From: Vulcanimicrobiota bacterium
GTDB lineage: Bacteria > Vulcanimicrobiota > Vulcanimicrobiia > Vulcanimicrobiales > Vulcanimicrobiaceae
Assembly (NCBI GenBank): GCA_963777315.1
Contig: CAVZQC010000001.1
Coordinates: 64,001 to 128,000 of the forward strand
Reading direction: 5' to 3'
DNA: 64,000 bases
The translations under genes were made by a program, and so were the position numbers. The notes beneath the pieces were generated by a model. It did no database searches and had not been told where the DNA came from. It saw only the letters and a list, made by a program, of their open reading frames with translations. Shown here one piece after another: positions 10,687 to 20,880 of this stretch (position 1 is the first letter of the stretch; every line of letters begins with the position of its first letter).

Positions 10687-12267
10687 ATGGCCCGTAGCAC
10701 AAACGGCAGCGGAATTCCAATCGAACCGGTCTACGACCGCGTGGAAGGCGCCTCGCATGCCGCTCACGAGCCCGGCACCTTTCCGTTTACGCGCGGCGTG
10801 CGCAAAGACATGTACCGCGGCAGGCTGTGGACGATGCGCCAGTATGCCGGTTTCGCGACCGCCACCCAGTCCAACGCGCGCTACCGCTATTTGCTCGAGC
10901 GCGGCACGACGGGTTTGTCCGTGGCTTTCGATTTGCCTACGCAGCTGGGTTACGATTCCGACGCTGCGGCCGCGCGCGGGGAAGTGGGCAAAGTCGGTGT
11001 CGCCATCGACGGCGTTGCGGACATGGAGACGCTGCTGGCCGACATCCCGCTCGAGCGCGTTACCATTTCCATGACGATCAACGCGCCCGCCTCCATAATT
11101 CTCTCCATGTACCTGGCCGTCGCGCGCCGGCGCGGCATCCCGTTCGAGCGGTTGGGCGGGACGGTGCAGAACGACGTGCTCAAAGAATACGTGGCGCGCG
11201 GCACCTATATTTACCCGCCCAAACCGTCGATGCGTTTGGTCACCGACGTGATGTCGTACTGCGCGGCGCACGTACCGCAGTGGAATACGATTTCGATATC
11301 GGGCTACCACATCCGCGAAGCCGGCTCGACGGCTCTGGAAGAACTCGCGTTTACCCTCTCCAACGCCAAAGCGTATCTGCACGCGGCGCGAGCCGCCGGG
11401 ATCGACGTGAACGCAGTTGCACCGCGCATCTCGTTTTTTTGGAACGCGCACAACGACGTGTTCGAGGAGATCGCGAAGTTTCGCGCGGCCCGGTATCTTT
11501 GGGCTCACATCACGCGCGACGAATTCGGCTGCACCGATCCGCGCGCGCAGATGCTGCGGTTTCACGCGCAAACGGCCGGCTCGACCCTCACCGCGCAGGA
11601 GCCCGACAACAACGTCGTGCGTGTAACGCTGCAGGCGCTGGCCGCCGTGCTGGGCGGCGCTCAATCCCTTCACACCAACGGCAAAGACGAGGCCTTGGCG
11701 CTTCCCACGGCCCAGGCGGCGAAGCTCGCGCTGCGCACGCAGCAGATAATCGCCTACGAGAGCGGCGTCGCCGACGTCGTCGACCCGCTGGCGGGCTCTT
11801 TTTACGTGGAATCGCTCACGAACGAGCTTATCGAGCGCGCGCGCGCGCTCATCGAACAAGTCGACGAGTTGGGCGGCAGCATTGCGGCGATCGAGAGCGG
11901 TTGGATGCAGGCGCGTATTGCCGACTCGGCCTATCGCGCGCAGCAGACGATCGAAAACGGCGAGCAGATCGTCGTGGGCGTCAACGCCTTTACCGATCCG
12001 CAGTCCGAGCAAACTGCCATCGCGCTCCAGCGCGTGGGGGAATCGGTGGAACGCGATCAGGTCTCCCGTCTGGCGGCTGCGCGCGCTTCGCGCGACGATG
12101 CGTTGACGGCCCAGCGCCTGGAGCGAGTGCGCGAGACGGCCCGAGCGGGGCGTAATCTGATGCCGTCCTTCATCGATGCCGTCGATGCGGGCGCCACCTT
12201 GGGGGAAGTCTGCGACGTTCTGCGCGACGTGTTCGGGGTCTATCGCGCGCCGCAAGCGATAGCCTGA
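10687..12267 (+). CDS. Methylmalonyl-CoA mutase, large (substrate-binding) subunit, without a B12-binding domain
   Basis: WTMRQYAGF (Tyr), [13 protein letters not shown] (Arg), [11 protein letters not shown] and QSLHTN. Ends at [15 protein letters not shown] with no DxHxxG motif. Confidence 0.92.
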   Translation: MARSTNGSGIPIEPVYDRVEGASHAAHEPGTFPFTRGVRKDMYRGRLWTMRQYAGFATATQSNARYRYLLERGTTGLSVAFDLPTQLGYDSDAAAARGEVGKVGVAIDGVADMETLLADIPLERVTISMTINAPASIILSMYLAVARRRGIPFERLGGTVQNDVLKEYVARGTYIYPPKPSMRLVTDVMSYCAAHVPQWNTISISGYHIREAGSTALEELAFTLSNAKAYLHAARAAGIDVNAVAPRISFFWNAHNDVFEEIAKFRAARYLWAHITRDEFGCTDPRAQMLRFHAQTAGSTLTAQEPDNNVVRVTLQALAAVLGGAQSLHTNGKDEALALPTAQAAKLALRTQQIIAYESGVADVVDPLAGSFYVESLTNELIERARALIEQVDELGGSIAAIESGWMQARIADSAYRAQQTIENGEQIVVGVNAFTDPQSEQTAIALQRVGESVERDQVSRLAAARASRDDALTAQRLERVRETARAGRNLMPSFIDAVDAGATLGEVCDVLRDVFGVYRAPQAIA

Positions 12268-12689
12268 TGGTGCTCGATCACGTAGCCATCGTCGTCAAGG
12301 ACTTGGAAGGCGCGATACGCCTGTACGCGACCACGCTCGGATTTCATCAAGCGTATCGGGAAACGATCTCCGAACAGGGCGTCGAGGCCGTCGGCATGCA
12401 GGCCGGGGAATCCATCGTCGAGCTGCTGCGCCCGTTGAACGAAGATTCGCCCATAGCGCGATACCGCGGCCAAGCGCAGACGAAACTGCATCACACGGCA
12501 TATCGCGTCGAAAACCTCGTAAGCGAGCTCGCGCGCCTAAAGAGTGCCGGCGTTCAGCTCATCGACGAGCGCCCGCGCAAAGGCGCGCACGGCAATACGA
12601 TTGCGTTCCTGCACCCAAAGAGCACGGGCGGCGTGCTGATCGAACTTTGCGAGCCTAGTATGGAACGCCGCTCTCGCGGCGTTGTTTGA
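12267..12689 (+). CDS. mce: Methylmalonyl-CoA epimerase
   Basis: VOC fold: LDHVAIVV, VELLRP, LHHTAYRV and FLHPKSTGGVLIEL. Translationally coupled to the mutase. Confidence 0.92.
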   Translation: MVLDHVAIVVKDLEGAIRLYATTLGFHQAYRETISEQGVEAVGMQAGESIVELLRPLNEDSPIARYRGQAQTKLHHTAYRVENLVSELARLKSAGVQLIDERPRKGAHGNTIAFLHPKSTGGVLIELCEPSMERRSRGVV

Positions 12690-13230
12690 GCGCCTCCATG
12701 TACCAAATGAACTCGTCGAAGAAGCGCGCGTTGCGATCGCGAAAACGGCTGTCCGTGGGCTCGCCGTCCGGAGTAAACGACTCGCCGACGTTGGGAATGG
12801 GCAGCAGCGACGGGATCGACGGCATGCCCAGTTCGGCCAAGGTCATGCGCAGCTGCATAGCGGCCCGCACGCCCCCGAAACGGCCGCCGGAGTAGCAGAC
12901 GATGCCTGACGGCCGCCAAAAGTATTCTTCCAGGAAATAATCCAGCAGGTTCTTGAGTGCCGGCGGAATGCCGTTGTTGTACTCGCCGCTCACAATGGCA
13001 AAGCCGTCGGCTCGGCGGTAGATTCCCGCCAGCTCTTCGAGCATTGCCGGCGCCTGCCCCGACGGATAATCGGAGTATTGCTTTTCCAATAGCGGCAAAC
13101 GGTATTCTACCGGATCGATCAGCGTGGCCGCGCATCCGCGGCGCTGCAATTCGTCCACGATGAATCGTGCTGCTTTGATCCCCTGGCGCTCGACCCGAAC
13201 CGAGCCGAATAGTACTGCTACTTCCAACAT
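12655..13230 (-). CDS. NADPH-dependent FMN reductase
   Basis: GSVR..R.G, EYNNGIPPALKNLLD and YSGGRFGGVRA. Confidence 0.9.
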   Translation of the reverse strand: MLEVAVLFGSVRVERQGIKAARFIVDELQRRGCAATLIDPVEYRLPLLEKQYSDYPSGQAPAMLEELAGIYRRADGFAIVSGEYNNGIPPALKNLLDYFLEEYFWRPSGIVCYSGGRFGGVRAAMQLRMTLAELGMPSIPSLLPIPNVGESFTPDGEPTDSRFRDRNARFFDEFIWYMEALKQRRESGVPY

Positions 13231-13241
13231 TTACGGTCTTG

Positions 13242-14168
13242 TTAAGGACCGCTGCCCGAAACCTCGCGCACCTCTTGCGCGAGCAGGTCCTCGTTGAGCG
13301 CCATCGCGGCGCACACGCCGCTGGCAGCGGCGAGCACCACTTGGTGAACGGACGTCACCGCATCTCCGGCCGCATAGCATCCCTGCACGTTCGTTCGCCC
13401 GCGTTCGTCGATTTCGATCTCGCCGTCCGCGCGCAAACGGCATCCCAACATTTCCACCAGCGGATATCGCGCCCGCAGCGGCGCGCACAAAAATGCCGCA
13501 TCACAACGCTCGGGTTCGCCTTGGTCGAAATAGACGCGCTCGAGCGCACGTCCTTCGCCGCGAAACGAAACTACCGTCGCGGAACGTACCGGAAGTTTCG
13601 TGGCGGCAAGCCAGCGCCTATCGTCGCTCGTGAGATCGTCGGTTCCCTGCGTGCATATCAGAATATCGTCGCTCCACTGGCGCAGCTCTTGCGCCAGCTC
13701 GACGGCTTTGCGGCCTTTCCCGACGATCGCCAGACGCTTTCCGCGCATTTCCCAACCGTCACAGTACGGACAGACGAACACGCTGGTTCCCCAGCGTTCC
13801 GCCAGGCCGGCAATGGCCGGAAGCGTGTCGTAAACGCCGGTCGCAAGCACGATGCGGCGGCCCGTGAATTGCTCGCCGCGCTCGTCGCGCGCCGTAAAGG
13901 CGGTTTCCTCGCGAGCGGCATGCACGATGCGCGTGCGCACGAAGCGCACCGAACGATAATTTTCGAGCTCCTGCCGTGCGGCGGCGAGCAAATCCTGCGG
14001 CGGCATGCCGTCGCGCGAAAGAAATCCGTGCATGCGATTTGCCACGGCGTTGCGCGGGCGCCCTTCATCGCACACCACGACTCTGCGGCACGACCGTCCC
14101 AGAATCAGCGCGGCGCTCAAGCCCGCGGCTCCTCCTCCCACCACGATTGCGTCGTACGGCTCATCCAT
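13242..14168 (-). CDS. Thioredoxin-reductase-like FAD/NAD(P) oxidoreductase
   Basis: GGGAAG FAD motif, CPYCDG redox motif and YAAGD. Start set at MDEPYDAIVV. Confidence 0.9.
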   Translation of the reverse strand: MDEPYDAIVVGGGAAGLSAALILGRSCRRVVVCDEGRPRNAVANRMHGFLSRDGMPPQDLLAAARQELENYRSVRFVRTRIVHAAREETAFTARDERGEQFTGRRIVLATGVYDTLPAIAGLAERWGTSVFVCPYCDGWEMRGKRLAIVGKGRKAVELAQELRQWSDDILICTQGTDDLTSDDRRWLAATKLPVRSATVVSFRGEGRALERVYFDQGEPERCDAAFLCAPLRARYPLVEMLGCRLRADGEIEIDERGRTNVQGCYAAGDAVTSVHQVVLAAASGVCAAMALNEDLLAQEVREVSGSGP

Positions 14169-14208
14169 AAAGGCAAAGTTACCCGCGTTTGCCGAAAATG
14201 CATTGCCG

Positions 14209-15129
14209 ATGCCTCGCAGGAGAAAGCGCAAGCGCCCCTTCAACGCTGCGCCGCTTCTGCTCGCGGCCTTGGTTTTGGCCGCACTGGTTGCGTGGGCGAT
14301 CTACCCTAGACCGCGACCGCATCGGCATTCCGCATCATCGCATGCGCGCGCCATAGCGACTCCGGTCGTCGCGCAGGCGTCACCCGTGCCGACTCCAGCG
14401 GCGCAAACCAGCGCGAGCGCGCCTTCGTCCCCCACAGCAGCGCCGGCGGCCTCGCCGACGCCCGGCGCTTTGGCCGGACAAGTCGCCATCATTATCGACG
14501 ATTGCGGTCAGTGGCCCCAGATCGAGCGCGGCTACATCGCGCTGCCGATTCCGCTCACGCTCTCGGTTCTGCCGCACGTCCGTTACACTGCAGAGATCGC
14601 GCGCGAAGCTGCCGATTCCGGCAAAGGCGTCATGCTGCACCTGCCGATGGAGCCGCTTTCCCACCTCGACCCCGGCCCGGGCGAAATCAGCACGGAGATG
14701 CCGGACGCCGCCATTACGCGGCAAACCCAAGACGACGTAGCGCAAGTTCCGCTCGCGCGGGGCGTCAACAACCACGAAGGCAGCCGGGCCAGCGCGGACG
14801 ATCGCGTCATGAAAGACGTCATGGCCGTCATCAAAGCGCACGGTCTGTTCTTCATCGACTCGCGCACCAACCCCGAAACGGTCGGCGCGCAGCAGGCGCA
14901 GGCAACTCAGGTTCCCAACGCCTCGCGCGACGTGTTTCTGGATAATCGAGCCGACGTTGCCTACACCGAGACGATGCTCGAACAGACTGCCGCCATAGCC
15001 AAGCGCAACGGCTCTGCGATCGCGATCGGGCATCCCAAGCCCACGACGCTGCAAGCGCTTCGCGCGATGTATCCGCGCATGCAGGCGCAGGGCGTGCGTT
15101 TCGTTTTGGCTTCGCAACTGGTGCGCTAG
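14209..15129 (+). CDS. Divergent polysaccharide deacetylase family protein (YibQ-like), membrane-anchored
   Basis: Basic N-terminus, TM segment and Pro/Ala linker; then IIIDDCG, MLHLPMEP, GVNNHEGS, FFIDSRT, RDVFLD and IAIGHP. Confidence 0.9.
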   Translation: MPRRRKRKRPFNAAPLLLAALVLAALVAWAIYPRPRPHRHSASSHARAIATPVVAQASPVPTPAAQTSASAPSSPTAAPAASPTPGALAGQVAIIIDDCGQWPQIERGYIALPIPLTLSVLPHVRYTAEIAREAADSGKGVMLHLPMEPLSHLDPGPGEISTEMPDAAITRQTQDDVAQVPLARGVNNHEGSRASADDRVMKDVMAVIKAHGLFFIDSRTNPETVGAQQAQATQVPNASRDVFLDNRADVAYTETMLEQTAAIAKRNGSAIAIGHPKPTTLQALRAMYPRMQAQGVRFVLASQLVR

Positions 15130-16653
15130 TGCAAATCGGGTGCAAGAGCCGCATCTATCTCGGTCTCGAAGGTGCGGCTCCACGGCAGCGATATGTCGAT
15201 TGCGGCGATGTGGTATCCCGGATAGAGCTGCGGCAAAATCAATTGCGCGCGGTTCCACAACAGCGCGCGGTTCAAGGCGGCAATCGGCGCGGCTTGTTCG
15301 GGCAGCAAGTACGTGTGATCGGCGATTCCCGACGATTCAAGCGCGGCATTGAGCGCCGGCCGCACGTAGTCGTGAAATGCATAGTCGTCCACGATGCGGT
15401 TGAAGGTGAACTCTTTTTGCGCCAGCGCATCGTAGGTGCCGGCGCGCCTTCCCACGCCGGCGGCAACCGCCTGCGCAACCGCCGTTCCAACCGTATTCGC
15501 GTTCGTATTCCAGGATGCATAGGCGTCGAGCTTGCCGGCCTCGCCGGTTTGGAGCAGCCGCTGCGCGAAGAGCGCTTGATCCGCGTACGTGTTTTCCAGA
15601 AAGCTCGAGATCGGCAAAAGCGACGGATCGATGCGCGGCCTCGTCGCGCCCGATGCCGTCGAGCAAGGCGGAATCCAGAGCTGCGCCGGTGTCGGGAACG
15701 CGAACGTACAATTGAATGTCCGCCCGTGCCCGCGGAACTCTTCGGCCGCCGCACAGCGCGATGAGCCCGTCGATCGCAACGTCGATGGGCGCGTATTCCA
15801 GCGGATCGTTGAACGAGGCTCCCTCGGGAGTCGAGTAATCCACGGCAACGCGGGGCGTCCACGAAACGCTGCGCGCCAGCGCCTGCGCGACCATCGCCAT
15901 GCCGAGCTCGTCGGCTCCCGGTTCGATTGCAACTCTGTCGCCGACGTTCTGCTGCTGCACGGCAGACTGCAAAGCCCGTACGTCCTTCAAGTGCAGCCCA
16001 AACGGTCCGGCATCGTCCTGGCCCAGCACCAGCGTATCGATCGCGCCGCTTTGCGTCACGTCGATCTCGCGCAAATCCACGGCCAGGTTGCGCTCACGGG
16101 TATCGAGGTACGCCTGCAAGACGGGTTTCCCAATCAGATCGCGCAGATGCCGGGCTCGCTCCAGCTCGGAAGGCAGCGGCGGGTCGTGCAGGTTTGCGTA
16201 GTCTTGAAGATATTGCCACAGCGGATAAGGAGCAAAGAACTTCGCGGCCGGCCCGACATCCGGAATTCCGGTCGGGGCCAAACGCATGATCGTGCCGAAC
16301 GCGCCGATCCACGCGCGGGGATGCTGCCGGCGCAGCTGCGTGAATTCATTCAATCGAAAATATGCGTCGGAATAGGTGACGCCGGGCACGCGCGAGGCGA
16401 TCAAACCGCCGTACGCGAGCATGTCGGCGGATATGACGAATGCGTTCGAGCCGCGCGCCGATTGCGCGTTGAGCCACGCAATGATCCGGTCGGGTTTCCC
16501 GGCCAGCAGGTAGTTGCCCAGCAGGGGGCGCGGCGGTTCGACGACGGTTTGGCCCGCTATCCGCCCGAGCATTTGCGGAAGCTGGCGCGTCACGGGGCGA
16601 TCGTCGAGCGGAACGAAGGTGACGAGTGAAAAAATCAGCGCCGCAACATGCAT
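15126..16653 (-). pseudogene. DUF4127 family protein split by a +1 frameshift at about 15606-15609 (probably an intact gene with an assembly artefact)
   Basis: The 5' frame has FVPLDDRP, SADMLAYGGLIASR, LGQDDA and PGADE. The 3' frame has YASWNTNANTVG and RIVDD. Removing one base gives ...VAFADLSFLENTY... Confidence 0.75.
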
Positions 16654-16677
16654 CGAGTCGCGGCGCTTTTCGCGTCG

Positions 16678-16845
16678 TTACACCGTGGCGCCTCGTCCCC
16701 TCACAAGATTGACGAACAGCAGCACGACGGCGATCGCAAACAGAATCCAAATCCAGCCGGCTAAGAAATGCAGGATCAGTCCCGCTATCCAGATGGCAAA
16801 CAGGATCACGATGATGGTCCACAGGATTCCGGCGAGAGCGGCCAT
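16678..16845 (-). CDS. Small hydrophobic membrane protein (lmo0937/DUF5670-like)
   Basis: 55 aa, LWTIIVILFAIWIAGL...WIWILFAIAVVLL..RGRG. Strong AAGGAGG RBS. Confidence 0.75.
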   Translation of the reverse strand: MAALAGILWTIIVILFAIWIAGLILHFLAGWIWILFAIAVVLLFVNLVRGRGATV

Positions 16846-16924
16846 TACTTTCCTCCTTCTGCGCACGCTGGTGCGCTAGTCGTAAGAGATATACCCAGCG
16901 CGCCCGGACTACGCTTCCGCGCGA

Positions 16925-17812
16925 TCATGCCTCCAAACTGCGCCGCAGCGAGCCCTCGTTTGCCGTCAGAAGCGCGCGCGCCGCGGCGGCATCGAGGTTT
17001 TTTGCGTTCATCACCACTGCGAGTTTCACGTTGCCTTCCGCCAAACGCAGCAGTTCGGCCGCCCGATGTTCGTTCGCGCGCGCGAGCTGCATGACCAGGC
17101 GAAGCGCGCGGCCGCGCAGTTTGGCATTCGTCGCGACGACGTCGACCATGAGATTGTCGTGGACTTTTCCCAGCCGCACCATCGTGGCGGTCGAAAGCGT
17201 ATTGAGAAAAATTTTCTGTGCGGTTCCGGCCTTCAATCGGGTCGAGCCCGTCAGCGGTTCGGGGCCGGTCCGCAGCACGACGCCCAAATCCGCCGCACGC
17301 ACCAGCGCGCTGTGCTCGCTGTTGGCCACGCCCAGCGTCCACGCGCCGGCCGCGCGGGCTGTTTCGATTGCGCCGATTACGAAGGGTGCACCGCCGCTCG
17401 CGCTCATTGCGACGACCGCATCGGCAGCACGTACGTGATCGCGCAGCTCGCGCTCGCCAGCGGCGCGATCGTCTTCGGCGCCTTCCACCGCGCGCGTGAG
17501 TGCGCCGATTCCGCCCGCGATGTGCGCGCATATCAGCTTCGGATCGGTGCCGAAAGTCGGCGGCATTTCCGAGGCGTCCAAGAATCCCAAACGTCCGCTG
17601 GTGCCGGCGCCCACGTAATGCAGACGGCCGCCGGCGCGCAGGCGCGCTGCAATCTCGTCGACCGCGCGCGCCAGCGAATCGCTTACCCTCAGCACGGCGT
17701 CGACTGCCGCTCGCTGCTCGCCGGCCAGCACCTGCACGAGCTGCGCAGTCGGCAATGCGTCCAAATCACGCGTTCGCGGATTCGCGTGCTCGGTTTGCGG
17801 CAAATCGTTCAT
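16925..17812 (-). CDS. murQ: N-acetylmuramic acid 6-phosphate etherase
   Basis: TEHANPRT.DLD, YVGAGTSGRLG.LDASEMPPTFG, TGPEPLTGSTRLKAGTAQK and NLMVDV..TNAKL. Confidence 0.95.
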   Translation of the reverse strand: MNDLPQTEHANPRTRDLDALPTAQLVQVLAGEQRAAVDAVLRVSDSLARAVDEIAARLRAGGRLHYVGAGTSGRLGFLDASEMPPTFGTDPKLICAHIAGGIGALTRAVEGAEDDRAAGERELRDHVRAADAVVAMSASGGAPFVIGAIETARAAGAWTLGVANSEHSALVRAADLGVVLRTGPEPLTGSTRLKAGTAQKIFLNTLSTATMVRLGKVHDNLMVDVVATNAKLRGRALRLVMQLARANEHRAAELLRLAEGNVKLAVVMNAKNLDAAAARALLTANEGSLRRSLEA

Positions 17813-18711
17813 CGTGAAAGTTGCTCGGCCTGGGAAAGCGCGCCCACGTAGGGCTCCACGTCGCTTTTGAGTATCGGCATCGTGGGCAACTCGTGCGAAA
17901 GCCGCGTTTCCAGCAAGAACGTCAACAAGCTGTTCTCGCGCAGCAGACCGCCGGCCAGCACGACGGGGGCCGTACCCGATGCCAGTCCGGAACGCGCCGC
18001 CAGCGCTTTGACCAGATCCGCCAGCTCGAGCGCAGCCGTTTGCAGCAACTTGTGGGCGCTGCGCTCGCCCCGGTTTGCCGCCGCGATTGCAACCGGTGCA
18101 AGCCCTGCCAGCAGCGTAACCGGGTTTGGGCTTCCGTACACGAACGCCAAGACGTCCATGGACGATCGCGCTTGCAGATGCTTTGCGATCTCCTGCGCAA
18201 ATGTATCGAGCGGTCCGCGCCGATCGTAGGCACGCAGCAGCATGCGCACCGCAGCCGAACCGATGGCAAATCCGGACCCTTCGTCTCCGAGCAGGTAGCC
18301 GTATCCGCCCGCGCGATACGCGACGCCGCCGCACTCGGCGTACGCCGCCGAACCGGTTCCGGCTATAAGCACGAGCCCGTCGCCGGCGGGAACTGCAGCA
18401 CGCAGCGCAATGCCGCCGTCATCGCGCACCGCGACGCGCGTCCCGGCAAAACGTGCCTGCAGCGACTCCTCGAGCGCGCGCGCGATCTCTTCGCGGCCTG
18501 CGCCGGCGGCGCCGACGAAGATCGCTCGCGGACGAGCGCCTTGCACCGCTTGGGCGATCGCATCCCCAATGCTTTGCGCTGCCGATTCAACGCCGCCGGA
18601 ACTCGCATTGGCGGCGTTACCGCGATGCGTACGCACAATGACTCCGTCTTGGGCCGCGGCAGCAACGGTCGACGTGCCGCCCGCGTCCACGCCGACCACT
18701 AATCCCGGCAT
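17809..18711 (-). CDS. BadF/BadG/BcrA/BcrD-type sugar kinase (GlcNAc/MurNAc kinase-like)
   Basis: VGVDAGGTST, LIAGTGS and GGYGYLLGDEGSG. Lies inside the murQ operon. Confidence 0.88.
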   Translation of the reverse strand: MPGLVVGVDAGGTSTVAAAAQDGVIVRTHRGNAANASSGGVESAAQSIGDAIAQAVQGARPRAIFVGAAGAGREEIARALEESLQARFAGTRVAVRDDGGIALRAAVPAGDGLVLIAGTGSAAYAECGGVAYRAGGYGYLLGDEGSGFAIGSAAVRMLLRAYDRRGPLDTFAQEIAKHLQARSSMDVLAFVYGSPNPVTLLAGLAPVAIAAANRGERSAHKLLQTAALELADLVKALAARSGLASGTAPVVLAGGLLRENSLLTFLLETRLSHELPTMPILKSDVEPYVGALSQAEQLSR

Positions 18712-19847
18712 TCCGCTTGCACTTTCTCCAACAGCGCGCGCAGATCGTACGGCGCGACCGCCCCCAGCAGAGCCGCGTGCGCAGCGCCGGTTGCGCTCGG
18801 TAAGTTCGCCGCTCGGCCGCGCAGCGTTTCGTATCCCAATATTGCGAACGCAATAGCTTCTTTGGCGTCGGCGTGAAGGCCCAGCGAGTCCGACGTTTCG
18901 ACCGTAAACGCACCCAGCCGTTCGCGCAAGCCGCGAACGATTGCAGGATTGCGCGCGCCCCCTCCGCTGACGATGATGCGCGCGCCGGCAGACGCGTTCC
19001 GGCGCACCGCGTCCGCGACGGTGCCGCACGTGAGCGCAACGAGCGTGGCAGCGCCGTTTTCGATGGAAAGGTTGCCCAGCGTGCGCTCGTGCGCGCGCAA
19101 GAATTGTTCGCCGAATTGCTCGCGGCCCGTCGTTTTCGGCGGCGGCAACGCGAAATACGGATCCTGCAGCAGCGCGTCCAAGACGGCGGAGTCGACGCTG
19201 CCGCGCAGCGCCAGTTCGCCGTTGCGGTCGTACGGCAAACTTCCGCGCGAGCGCAGCCGCACGAACGCGTCGAGCAGCATGTTGCCCGGTCCGCTGTCGA
19301 ACGCTCCAACGTCCGCAAGGCCTTCCCCGCGCGGCAGTACGGTCAAATTTGCGATGCCGCCGACGTTGACGGCGACGCGGTCCTCGTTCGTGCTGCGCAG
19401 CAATAGCGCGTCGGCGTAGGGCACCAGCGGAGCCCCGTGGCCGCCCGCGGCGCAATCCGCGCTGCGAAAATCATAGCAGACCGTGGCGCGCAAACGTTCG
19501 CGAATCACGAATGCATCACCCAGCTGCAGCGTGACGTGCGCGTTTCCATCGTGCCAGACCGTTTGTCCGTGCGAGGCGACGTAATCGATCTTCGTGTCGC
19601 GCGCGGCCTCGGCCGCCGCCGACGCGAACGCTTGTCCCAGCGCATGGTGCATGTGAGCGCAGCTTGCCGCACTTCCTGCATTGGGAGGCAGCAGCCGGTG
19701 CAATCGTTCGAGTAGCTGCGGTTGGAACGCAACGGTGACGAAGTTGAGCATTTCCACGTCGTACGTCGACCGGCGCGGCCGGACGTCGACCAGCGCGGCA
19801 TCCACGCCGTCCAGCGACGTTCCGCTCATCACGCCTACCGCAACCAC
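18699..19847 (-). CDS. anmK: Anhydro-N-acetylmuramic acid kinase
   Basis: GVMSGTSLDGVD, SHGQTVWH, DFRSADCAAGGHGAPLVP, NVGGIAN, FDSGPGN and KEAIAFA. Confidence 0.95.
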   Translation of the reverse strand: MVAVGVMSGTSLDGVDAALVDVRPRRSTYDVEMLNFVTVAFQPQLLERLHRLLPPNAGSAASCAHMHHALGQAFASAAAEAARDTKIDYVASHGQTVWHDGNAHVTLQLGDAFVIRERLRATVCYDFRSADCAAGGHGAPLVPYADALLLRSTNEDRVAVNVGGIANLTVLPRGEGLADVGAFDSGPGNMLLDAFVRLRSRGSLPYDRNGELALRGSVDSAVLDALLQDPYFALPPPKTTGREQFGEQFLRAHERTLGNLSIENGAATLVALTCGTVADAVRRNASAGARIIVSGGGARNPAIVRGLRERLGAFTVETSDSLGLHADAKEAIAFAILGYETLRGRAANLPSATGAAHAALLGAVAPYDLRALLEKVQAECRD

Positions 19848-19848
19848 G

Positions 19849-20880
19849 TCAACGGATATCTTCGACGACGGCGTCGTAGAAGGCGGCGCGCAGATCCCGG
19901 GTGTCGTTGCGCCCGAAGTACACGCTGTTGGTGAGCAGCACGCCGCTGCAGTCGCGGGCCGGATCGGCCCACACGCACGTTCCGACGAATCCGGTGTGCC
20001 CAAAGGCGTCCATCGAAAATCGCGGGCCGCACGAATTGAGATCCGTCGTTTTCAACGCCCATCCCAGGCCGCGCCGCAGGATCGGATCGGCGGCTTGTTC
20101 GCTTGTCGCGGCCCGCGCCAATTCATCGGACAGCATCGTGCCGCGCCCGCGCAGCGCAGACAGATACCATTCTGCAAGCCGCGCGACGTCGTTTGCGGTG
20201 CCGAAAAGCCCGGCGTGCCCGGCGACTCCGCCCATCAAAAAGGCCTTTTCATCGTGCACGACGCCCTGCACGCGTCCGCGCCAGCCGTCGTCTTCGGTCG
20301 CGGGAATCGATTGCGAAAGCGTTTGCGCCGGCCGGTACTCCACGCCGGGGGCAACTGCGCGCATCAAAGCGCTCAGCGAGCGCCCGTAGACGACTTGCAG
20401 CAATTCCCCCACCGCGATGAAACCCAGGTCGCTATACACGACGCGCTCGCCGGGTTTGCCGACGAGATCCCGCGCCAGCGCGTGCCGCGCGACGTCATGC
20501 TCGAGCAGCTGACGATAATCCGCGCCGGAGTTCATTCCCGAATTATGCGCGAGCAGCATGCGCAGCGTTATGGCTTCGTGCGCCGTATTCTTCCATTCTG
20601 CAAACCATTCGACGAGCGGCCGGTCGAGCGTAATTCGTTCCTCTTGCACCGCGATCAGGGCCAGCGTCGAGACGAAGAGTTTGGTGATTGAAGCCAGATC
20701 GAACAGCGTGTCCGCATAGACGGGACGCGCCCATCGGTCGGCGCGCGTTTGGCCGTACGCGCGTTCGAAACGCAGCCGGCCTGCGCATTCTATTCGCGCG
20801 ACCGCGCCCGTGAACGCGTGGCCGCAGGCGTCCGATATCACGCGCTCGACGTTTGCGAATTCGCGCGCAACCGCGAGCAT
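19849..20880 (-). CDS. Serine hydrolase of the beta-lactamase family (AmiE-like muropeptide amidase by context)
   Basis: FDLASITK (SxxK), YSDLG, VHDE, GHAGLF and GHTGFVG. Lies between nagZ and anmK. Confidence 0.85.
   Translation of the reverse strand: MLAVAREFANVERVISDACGHAFTGAVARIECAGRLRFERAYGQTRADRWARPVYADTLFDLASITKLFVSTLALIAVQEERITLDRPLVEWFAEWKNTAHEAITLRMLLAHNSGMNSGADYRQLLEHDVARHALARDLVGKPGERVVYSDLGFIAVGELLQVVYGRSLSALMRAVAPGVEYRPAQTLSQSIPATEDDGWRGRVQGVVHDEKAFLMGGVAGHAGLFGTANDVARLAEWYLSALRGRGTMLSDELARAATSEQAADPILRRGLGWALKTTDLNSCGPRFSMDAFGHTGFVGTCVWADPARDCSGVLLTNSVYFGRNDTRDLRAAFYDAVVEDIR

Noticed and set aside
19849..20880. Beta-lactam resistance gene
   Set aside because: It has the SxxK fold, but its position between nagZ and anmK indicates a cell-wall recycling hydrolase.
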